Positions 45,800 to 53,844 of a stretch of DNA of 53,844 nt are shown piece by piece (positions within the stretch are counted from its first letter, which is position 1; every line of letters begins with the position of its first letter). The stretch lies in contig PWTM01000251.1 in NCBI GenBank assembly GCA_003563855.1, positions 1 to 53,844 on the forward strand, in the 5' to 3' direction. The notes under the pieces were generated by a model that saw only the letters and a program-made list of their open reading frames with translations, did no database searches and was not told where the DNA came from. This stretch comes from PVC group bacterium. Its GTDB lineage: Bacteria > Verrucomicrobiota > Kiritimatiellia > PWTM01. The translations under genes and the position numbers were made by a program.

Positions 45800-46837
45800 T
45801 CAATCGATCAGCGGGCTTTCGCGGCGGTGGGCGAGGCGCCAGTCGGCGAGGGGGCGGAAGCGGGCCAGGTCCTCGAAGCCGGTCATGGAGCCCAGCGTGA
45901 CGCGCACGCCCGCCTCGCGGAGGACGGCGACCGGGTTGAGACCGCCCATCACGAGCAGGCCGGTCCGGCCGCCGGTAATCGGGATGTCGAGGAGCGGCTG
46001 GTCCGGCCGGCCGGTCGTCAGCAGGGCCGAGAGATCGAGCCGCTGGAGCCGCCGGGCAATCCGGTGCAGATCGGGCATCGCCGCCGAAGGCGCCTCGCGC
46101 AGGCTGGCGCCGACGAGCCCGTCCCCCGTGCGCGCGCAGGCGCCGACCGACGTAAGGCCGGCGCGCATGAAGGCATCGAGCGGATCGAAGGTCGTGCCCC
46201 GGTACTCGATCAGCTCGACGAACCGCAGTGGCCGGCGATCGCGCATCTCGAGCAGACCGCCGAAGCGGGAAGTGACGGGAATCCCGGCCTTCAGCAGCGC
46301 GCCGTTGAGCGTCACACTGCACACCGTGGCCAGCCCCGCGCGGCCTTCGGGCACGCCGTGGCCGGCGATGCGCTCGCCGGGGCCGGCGACAACGATGCGG
46401 CGGCCCATGCCGAGGCCGGCCCGGAACGCCGGCTCCATCAGCGCCAGCGCGCGCGGAAGGTCCGACGCGTCGAGCCAGGCAACGTTCACGATCACCGAGC
46501 CGGTTCCGCGCCGCAGGTCGAGATCCATCCGATACGCCAGGTCGTCCATGCGCGCGGCGACGAACCCCATCTTCTGGAATACGTCTCCCCGGGCCAGCTC
46601 GTCGCGTCCGCGCTCCGTCAGCGCCCGTCCCCGGCGCCGGCTGACCAACCGGGTCAGGCCCGCTCGGTCGAGCGCCGCGAGGTGGTAACGGATGGCGCGG
46701 GGTTGAAGATCGATGCCCCTGGACGCGACCGCCTCGGCGATGCGCACCGCACCGGCCGACCCTTCGAGTTCGGCCAGCGCCATCAGAACGGCGCGACGCG
46801 CCCGCCTCGCGCGCGATCCCCCATCCGTCTTCGCCAC
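45800..46837 (-). CDS. nrpR: NrpR-type nitrogen regulatory repressor (wHTH + one DUF128/NRD domain)
   Basis: 345 aa, GTG start with GGAGGTGGAG RBS. N-terminal wHTH (AIRYHLAALDRAGL) followed by an NRD-like domain (TERGRDEL...GSVIVNVAWLD...). Divergent from gdhA. Confidence 0.72.
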   Translation of the reverse strand: MAKTDGGSRARRARRAVLMALAELEGSAGAVRIAEAVASRGIDLQPRAIRYHLAALDRAGLTRLVSRRRGRALTERGRDELARGDVFQKMGFVAARMDDLAYRMDLDLRRGTGSVIVNVAWLDASDLPRALALMEPAFRAGLGMGRRIVVAGPGERIAGHGVPEGRAGLATVCSVTLNGALLKAGIPVTSRFGGLLEMRDRRPLRFVELIEYRGTTFDPLDAFMRAGLTSVGACARTGDGLVGASLREAPSAAMPDLHRIARRLQRLDLSALLTTGRPDQPLLDIPITGGRTGLLVMGGLNPVAVLREAGVRVTLGSMTGFEDLARFRPLADWRLAHRRESPLID

Positions 46838-46873
46838 AGCTCCACCTCCCCCCGCACGTGCCCTGCCGCGCGA

Positions 46874-46886
46874 ATCCTGCCAGGAT
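46874..46886. promoter_or_regulatory. Perfect 6-1-6 palindrome ATCCTG-C-CAGGAT in the nrpR/gdhA intergenic region
   Basis: 37 nt upstream of the nrpR start. The half-site AATCCTGCC repeats at 46901-46909. CTTCCTGG occurs as a direct repeat at 47003-47010 and 47017-47024. Confidence 0.3.
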
Positions 46887-47102
46887 GCATCTCAAAAGGC
46901 AATCCTGCCTATTCGTGCTCGTTAAGGGTGGGTATCGCTGCTTCCTTGATTTTTTGCACTAATCTTTCGCCCTGATCTCCTCGCCGAGCTCAGCGAACTG
47001 CCCTTCCTGGCTGATGCTTCCTGGGATACAGAGAGCGTCGGCGAGTCCTACCCTGGGAATCCGCAGCGCACTCGCACCGGGTCCTTACGGACACCTTTCT
47101 TC

Positions 47103-47131
47103 TGGACGCAATCCTTCGGAGCATCTAAAGT
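47103..47131 (+). promoter_or_regulatory. Possible gdhA promoter: TGGACG-N17-TAAAGT
   Basis: TGGACG caatccttcggagcatc TAAAGT, ~86 nt upstream of the gdhA ATG, in a locally lower-GC (~55%) spacer. Confidence 0.4.
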
Positions 47132-47156
47132 ACGGCAACGCGTTGCCCACGGGTGA

Positions 47157-48554
<1,398 letters not shown>

Positions 48555-48581
48555 GGCGGGGTCCCGCGCGAACCATGCGCG

Positions 48582-51392
48582 TCAGTGGGGCGCGTCGGCG
48601 CGCCGGAGCCGGAGGCGCGCGGGCGCCTCGGCAGGCGCGGCGCGCAGCCGGCCGTCCTCGCGCACGAGCACGGGCGCGGGCAGCTCGACGCCGTCGGGCA
48701 TGCGCCAGGCTTCCACGTGGGGATCCGGCCCGAGCCCGAACGGGTCGCCTTCGAGCGCCCAGCCTTCGCGTCCGTCGAAATCGAAGACCTCGACGGCGCC
48801 GGGCTGGCGTGGATCGCGGCGCAGGACGACGGCGCCGGCGGTCCGGAGACCGCCGGAGCGGCCCGGCCGGCCGCGCCCGTCGCGGTAGCGGAGGTCCGGG
48901 GTCACGGCCGCATCAAACCGCCCTTCCCCGTCCGCCGCGGAGAGCGCGAGAACCCCCTCGCCGCGCGCGATCCAGCCGGAGGGCGGGAGGCGGTAGGTCT
49001 CGCCGGCCACGCGCACGGTCCAGTCGCCGGCGGAGGCCAGGTTGACCCAGAGTTCGAGGCCGCCCGCGTAGCGGACGTAGAGCCGCTCGCCCGCGCCCGG
49101 CGCCCGCGGGGGGTCGTCGAGGAAGGCGAGCCGCTCGACCGGCCGGCCGGCGCGTGCGCGCGCAACCACGCCGGCCGCATAGTAGAGCCGGGCGACCCGC
49201 GCCGCGCCGTAGCGCAGCGGCGGGGTGCGAAGCGCCAGGCCGTAGGCGAGTTGCACGGCGATGTAGCGGTCGAGCGCCGCGTCGGCGTTGGGATGGTCCG
49301 GGTGGGTGGCCACCGCGGCTTCGAGCGGACCGGCACCGATGCCGACGCCGTACGGGCGGAGCGCCTGCTGCGCCATCTCGGGCCACGCCGGCCCGTGGAA
49401 GAGGCGTTGCCCGCGCGCGGCGCTCACGACCCAGCCGTCGAGCGCGCCGGCGTAGGCGGAAACGTGGCGATCGTCCCCGATGCGGAGCGCGCCCGTAAAC
49501 TCGGCCCAGTCCTGGAGCTGCCCGGCGAGGGCCTCGTAACCGGCGAGGAATCCGCCCGCCCCGGGCGCACGGGCATCGTAGTTGGTGAAGGCCCACGGGG
49601 ACAGGGCGGTAAGCTGCGCCTCGACCACGGGCAGGTCGAAAGCGCGGCCCTCGTCCGCCAGGCGGGCCCGGGCGTCCGCGCGTACGGCCGGGCGCGCGAG
49701 GCGATACCGGCCCGGCGCGCTCCCGGGCATCCAGTGGCCGGCGGACGTCCGTCGCAGATCGTCGCGCGACCAGCGCGCATCGGCCGGCGCAATCTCGTCC
49801 TGCGCGAGCGTCCGGCACAGCGGGGCCTCCCCTCCCGGACACGCGGTTCCGATGCGGAACCATTCGTCCATGCCGAACGCGGCGAACCGCGCCTCCGGGT
49901 CCGCCGCCTCCGGCGCGGCATCCGGGCCCAACCACGGTCGTGACTCGACGGCGGCGTTCTGTCCGCCGTCCGCCGGCGCCCACGGCGGCGTCGGAAGGAC
50001 CGCCGCCGGGCTTTCGCCGAGCGTCAAGACCGCCCGTTCGCGCAGCCACGGCCGGCGCCCGTCCGTCGCCGGCCGGTAGACGTGGACGGCCCCGCCGGAG
50101 GCGCCTTCGGCGCGCTCGATCCCCGATGCCCCGGAGACCGAGACGTCGGCCGCGAGGGCGACGAACAGCGCGCCGGCATGCCCGGCGTAGGCGCGGGCGT
50201 AGCGAACGGGGATCGCCTCCGGATCGTCGTCGAGAAACGGCGCGGGCGTCGGGACGAAATCCCCGCGCAGGCCGCCGAGCCGGACCGCTTCGACATCGCG
50301 GCCGCCCCGGAGCGTGACGACCAGCGAAGCGCCCTCGAGCGCGAAGCGCTGTTCACGCCCGCCGGGCCAGGCCCAGACGACCGCCGAGGGACCGTCCGGG
50401 TAGGCTGCGGGCGGACCGGCTTCGGCGGGTTCCACATCCAGCCCGGCCCACGCGCCGACCTCCCGGCCGTTCCAGAGCAGGGCGACCGCCCGGCCGCCGG
50501 CCGGCGGCGGCACGCGGTAGGCGGCGGTCCCGGCGCCGGTTCGCGCTTCGAGGGTCCAGCTTCCATCGGGCTCCCGATGGCGCGCATGGCGCGGCGGGGG
50601 ATCGGGCGGGCGCGGGACGCCACCGGCAGGGTCGCGGCCGGGCGGCGGGAGCTCGGGCGGGTGGCCGAGCTGCTCATAGAGGGGCGTCCGGCGGGTTCGA
50701 CCCGGCAGGCGCCAGCCGGGCACGAGCGGCACACGGCATTCGGGGTAGAAGGCGATGGGCTCGACCGTCAGAATGGCCGAAGCGGGCCAGCCCGAAACCT
50801 CGATACCGGTCCAGCGAAAGGGAAAACGCGCCTCCTCGAGGAACGTGTGGCCGAGGTTGCGGTGCAGGAGCACGGCTTCGCCGTCCGGCGAGACCGGCAC
50901 GCCGTCGAGCGGGATGCGCAGCGGTTGGCCGTCGGCATCTTCGAGCACGAGCGCGATCGCAAACGTCGCAGCCGCTTCCGGGTCGGGCGCGGCCAGGCCG
51001 AGTCCGATTTCGACCGTGTCGAAGGGCTCGGCCAGCAGGATCGGCGCGGTCGGCCGCAGGCGGAGCCGGTCGGCCGACGCCGCGCCGCGCACCTCCCAGC
51101 GCCCGTGCCAGGCGCCGTCGGCATCTGCGGCGCGGCGGAAGGCGGTTTCGACGCCGGCCGGCGCTTCGACGGACCAGTCGCCGCGGCGATCGAAGCGCAC
51201 CTGGGCTTCGCGCAGGTCGTCCCAGCCGCGCGCCGGCGCGTCCGGATCGAACCGCCCGGTTCCGGGCGCTTCGTCCCAGCCGACGCCCGAGGGCAGGCTT
51301 GCGGGCCTGGGCATCATGCACCCGGCCGCCAGGAGCAGGCACGTCAACCCAGCCGCAGCCGCGCGGGCACCCCCCGCGCGCGCGCGCCTCAC
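48582..51392 (-). CDS. Large (936 aa) lipoprotein of unknown function
   Basis: GTG at 51392 overlaps the gtrA stop (GTGA). Signal peptide with lipobox (GLTCLLLAAGC). Non-repetitive, with no motif I can assign. Confidence 0.7.
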   Translation of the reverse strand: MRRARAGGARAAAAGLTCLLLAAGCMMPRPASLPSGVGWDEAPGTGRFDPDAPARGWDDLREAQVRFDRRGDWSVEAPAGVETAFRRAADADGAWHGRWEVRGAASADRLRLRPTAPILLAEPFDTVEIGLGLAAPDPEAAATFAIALVLEDADGQPLRIPLDGVPVSPDGEAVLLHRNLGHTFLEEARFPFRWTGIEVSGWPASAILTVEPIAFYPECRVPLVPGWRLPGRTRRTPLYEQLGHPPELPPPGRDPAGGVPRPPDPPPRHARHREPDGSWTLEARTGAGTAAYRVPPPAGGRAVALLWNGREVGAWAGLDVEPAEAGPPAAYPDGPSAVVWAWPGGREQRFALEGASLVVTLRGGRDVEAVRLGGLRGDFVPTPAPFLDDDPEAIPVRYARAYAGHAGALFVALAADVSVSGASGIERAEGASGGAVHVYRPATDGRRPWLRERAVLTLGESPAAVLPTPPWAPADGGQNAAVESRPWLGPDAAPEAADPEARFAAFGMDEWFRIGTACPGGEAPLCRTLAQDEIAPADARWSRDDLRRTSAGHWMPGSAPGRYRLARPAVRADARARLADEGRAFDLPVVEAQLTALSPWAFTNYDARAPGAGGFLAGYEALAGQLQDWAEFTGALRIGDDRHVSAYAGALDGWVVSAARGQRLFHGPAWPEMAQQALRPYGVGIGAGPLEAAVATHPDHPNADAALDRYIAVQLAYGLALRTPPLRYGAARVARLYYAAGVVARARAGRPVERLAFLDDPPRAPGAGERLYVRYAGGLELWVNLASAGDWTVRVAGETYRLPPSGWIARGEGVLALSAADGEGRFDAAVTPDLRYRDGRGRPGRSGGLRTAGAVVLRRDPRQPGAVEVFDFDGREGWALEGDPFGLGPDPHVEAWRMPDGVELPAPVLVREDGRLRAAPAEAPARLRLRRADAPH

Positions 51393-51892
51393 CGCTTGAA
51401 TATCCAGACCTTGCGGCATACGAAGTTCACCAGCGCCGCGCTCACGATGTTGGCGCCGTACGAGAGGGTGGTCGAAAGACCGAACGCGGAGATCAGCACC
51501 CAGCCGGCCGCGGTGCCGACCATCCAACTGAAGACGGAGACGACGTAGAAGAGCGTCAGTTCGACCGCCCGGCGATGGCGGCCCGCGCGGAAGACCCAGC
51601 GGATGTTGAGCAGGTACGCGGCGAAGTTGGAGGCCACGAAGGCGAGGCCGCGGTTGATCGCGAAGTTGCGCGCGCGCACGGCGACGTCGAGGGCCGGGAG
51701 CTCGACCCCGAGCAGCCGGACCAGGGGATCTCCGGCGCCCAGCGCGGGAATCAGACGCCAGGCGAACGCGTAGAAGACGGCCATGTCGACGACCGTCGCG
51801 GCCACGCCGCAGAGGGCGTAGCGGACGAACTGGCCGGGGGTGCCGTCCCGGAGAAGCCGCTGCGCCCACCGCGTGAGGCGTTCCAGGATCAT
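51389..51892 (-). CDS. gtrA: GtrA-family membrane protein
   Basis: 167 aa from MILERLTRW. GQFVRYALCGVAATVVDMAVFY and four TM segments typical of GtrA-like proteins. Confidence 0.82.
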   Translation of the reverse strand: MILERLTRWAQRLLRDGTPGQFVRYALCGVAATVVDMAVFYAFAWRLIPALGAGDPLVRLLGVELPALDVAVRARNFAINRGLAFVASNFAAYLLNIRWVFRAGRHRRAVELTLFYVVSVFSWMVGTAAGWVLISAFGLSTTLSYGANIVSAALVNFVCRKVWIFKR

Positions 51893-51920
51893 CGTCGCGC
51901 GCTTTCGCCCAGCGGGTTTC

Positions 51921-53844
51921 TCACGCTTCGCCCCGGATCCAGGCGCGCACCTCCGGGGGCAGGGGTCGGATCGCGGCGATCCGGGCCGGGCGCGTTCCGT
52001 GTTCGGTCGGGAGGTGGACCTCCTCGCCCACCCCGCGCCCGAGCAGGGCGCGGGCAAGGTCGGTCTCGCTCGAAACGATCCGCAACGCCTCGTCCCGGTC
52101 CCAGACGCCGAGCAGGTGCACGACGGTCGGCGGCGCATCGCCGTCCGTCGTCAGTTCGACGGCGCAACCGGCCGCGACGCGGTCGGCCGGCGACCCGTCG
52201 AAATCGCTGGGCACGACCGACTGCAACTGCTCTTCGAGCTCGGCCTGGCGCCGCATGAGCACCGTCTGCATCTCCTTGGCGGCCTTGTACTCGAAATTCT
52301 CGCGCAAGTCCCCGTAGCTGCGGGCGACGCCGATTTCGCGGCTGTTGCGGGGAATCTCCTCGCGTACCAGCCGTTCGAGCTGGGCCTGCCGCTCGCGGTA
52401 GCTGCGCGTCGAGGTGCGCGGCTTCTCGGCCGCCACCGGGGTAGCCGAGACGGCCTCGGCCAGGGCCTCTTCGAGTTCCGGGAACCGCTTGACCAGCAGC
52501 CCGGCGAGCGCCTGCCGTTCGAGGATGGGCCAGGCCGGACTCTCGCGGACACGCAGGATGACCTCGCGGCGCTGGCGCGCGTCGAGTCGTTCCATCCACG
52601 CGCCCATCCACTCGACCCGCCCCACGCGGTCGCGCAGCGCGTTCTGCGCCCGGAGCCGGTCGCCGCTCTGCTCGCGTTCGAGCGCCGCGAGCACGTGGCG
52701 GAGCCAGTCGATCGGCGCGTCCGTGCACCAGGCCGCCTGGCGGTCGGGATGCTTGACCAGCCAGAGCAGCGCTTCCGGCGCCTCGTCCACGCGCGTGATG
52801 AGGTCGCGGACCTCGGCGGCGGCCTCGGCCTCGCGCCCCTCGCCGAGCAGCAGGTCCATCGCCTCGGCGAACGCCGTCATCTCCATCTGCGGCAGCAGCG
52901 CCGGAAGGCGGTCGAGAAAGGCGGCGCCGAGGCGGCGGTGAAGCAGCGCGAGGAACGGGCGGACCTCGCGGGCGGGCAACGCGCGGCTGGCGGGAAGAAA
53001 GAGCGCCGGCTCGGCGAAGCGCCGGGTCCATTCGTCGACATCGACCTGCGGCCCGTCGACGCCGCAGGCCTCCGCCAGCAGCACCGCGCGAGCCGTGCGC
53101 GCCGGCGTCCGGCGGCCGGAGCCGCGGATGACGAAGGCCAGGCGTTCGGCCAGGGCGGTCCGGGCCTCCGCGTCGGCCTCTTCGGGCCGGACCGCCTCGC
53201 GCCACTCGACCACGCGCGTGAGGATCGTGTCCATGTCGCGCTCGGCGCCCAGCGCGGCGCGCCAGGCGGGACCGAAGTCCTCCGCGCGGTCGCGCAGGGC
53301 CATCGGCTCGGTCCGCCGCGCGGGGAGCGCCACGAGCGGGTCCTTTTTCAGCTCCTTGCGCGCCGCCTCCCAGAACCGCTTCCAGTCCCCGGGCTCGACG
53401 AACCGGGGCGAGAGCTGCTCCTGGAGAATGGCCGCGGGCATCGGGCCGAAGCTCCGGAGCGCGAGCCGGACGAGGGCCGCGGGATCGCCGGCGACCATCG
53501 CGGCGATGGTTTCCGGCTCGCGGTGGCTTCGGGCCAGCAGGTGCTCTTCGTCAAGGATCTGCAGCGACTGCGCCGCGTAGGTGCGGGCCATGCGGTGGCC
53601 GGCCCGCCGTTCGAAATCGACTTCCACCCGGCGCTCGAAGTGATCGTTGCCGCGGACGACGCCGAAGCCCCAGGTCTTGTCGTAGCAGAGGCAGCCCTCG
53701 TCGAGCTGGAGGAGGACGCGCAGGCGGCGGACGGCCTCGCGCGCGGGAACCTCGTCGTCAAAGCCGGCGTCGGCCAGGTAAGCCTGCCGGCGGCGGTCCG
53801 GTCCGACGATCGCGCGCGCCTCGGTGCGCGCGTCGACCGGGGGC
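51921..53844 (-). CDS. Gre-factor C-terminal-domain protein with long N-terminal extension (5' end outside window)
   Basis: The frame stays open to the window edge (upstream codons read ...DEGCLCYDKTWGFGVVRGNDHFERRVEVDFE). C-terminus GDLRENFEYKAAKEMQ... followed by a GreA/B FKBP-like domain. Confidence 0.78.
   Translation of the reverse strand, partial: PPVDARTEARAIVGPDRRRQAYLADAGFDDEVPAREAVRRLRVLLQLDEGCLCYDKTWGFGVVRGNDHFERRVEVDFERRAGHRMARTYAAQSLQILDEEHLLARSHREPETIAAMVAGDPAALVRLALRSFGPMPAAILQEQLSPRFVEPGDWKRFWEAARKELKKDPLVALPARRTEPMALRDRAEDFGPAWRAALGAERDMDTILTRVVEWREAVRPEEADAEARTALAERLAFVIRGSGRRTPARTARAVLLAEACGVDGPQVDVDEWTRRFAEPALFLPASRALPAREVRPFLALLHRRLGAAFLDRLPALLPQMEMTAFAEAMDLLLGEGREAEAAAEVRDLITRVDEAPEALLWLVKHPDRQAAWCTDAPIDWLRHVLAALEREQSGDRLRAQNALRDRVGRVEWMGAWMERLDARQRREVILRVRESPAWPILERQALAGLLVKRFPELEEALAEAVSATPVAAEKPRTSTRSYRERQAQLERLVREEIPRNSREIGVARSYGDLRENFEYKAAKEMQTVLMRRQAELEEQLQSVVPSDFDGSPADRVAAGCAVELTTDGDAPPTVVHLLGVWDRDEALRIVSSETDLARALLGRGVGEEVHLPTEHGTRPARIAAIRPLPPEVRAWIRGEA

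Noticed and set aside
46990-47030. Sigma-54 (-24/-12) promoter or canonical NrpR operator GGAA-N6-TTCC upstream of gdhA
   Set aside because: CTGGCTGATGCTTCC does not have GG-N10-GC spacing. The GGAA motifs are direct rather than inverted repeats. Only the weaker observations are kept as a finding.

Overview
High-GC (~70%) bacterial chromosomal window with about 45 credible protein genes. I saw no rRNA, tRNA, CRISPR array, transposase or integrase by eye. The intergenic spacers are unusually rich in repeats. The GGAGTGCGGCG...CGCCGC repeat and the gene content suggest a PVC-superphylum-like organism, but this is a low-confidence guess from memory.

Gene order, left to right:
- A tightly overlapped operon of secretin, PilM/N fusion, PilO-like, PilP/GspC-like and GspE/PilB ATPase (474-7125, minus strand).
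- cutA, a lipoprotein, and alaS.
- An N-epsilon-acetyl-beta-lysine-type osmolyte cluster, ablA / Na-solute symporter / ablB (11762-15514, minus strand), with its own sigma70-like promoter.
- hisB.
- A plus-strand run of ctpA, an MDR-type dehydrogenase, a PP2C-like phosphatase and a membrane-anchored kinase-like protein (16869-23139).
- A fetAB-like ABC exporter, a DUF1573-like protein, and rhaB.
- A co-directional minus-strand block: fixC-fixX-etfB-etfA, then Xre antitoxin and RES toxin, then a long acyl-CoA dehydrogenase, serA and a MATE exporter.
- A RimK-like ATP-grasp gene overlapping an EamA transporter, followed by two small membrane/lipoprotein genes.
- ssb followed by a Whirly-fold-like protein, then a sigma-like / 246-aa overlapped pair.
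- A SecD-head-like lipoprotein, then nrpR divergent from gdhA.
- A 936-aa lipoprotein coupled to gtrA, and a 5'-truncated Gre-factor-like gene.

Best candidates for something new:
1. A family of intergenic hairpin repeats whose arms have a strict 6-nt period, (GAY-NNN)n ending in GATGGGGA. The arm sequence differs between copies (GTCCTC, GTAGTC, GTTGTC types) while complementarity is kept.
2. The ssb + Whirly-like gene pair, its upstream sigma-like/unknown pair, and a triple CCGCGGTC-N3-GACCGCGG palindrome array.
3. The PP2C-like / atypical membrane kinase pair.
4. A ~130-bp repeat placed in the same orientation just upstream of the predicted promoters of two unrelated operons.
5. A RES-Xre toxin-antitoxin module with a possible leaderless promoter, inserted inside a metabolic operon.

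All functional calls come from motif recognition by eye. No database search was run.
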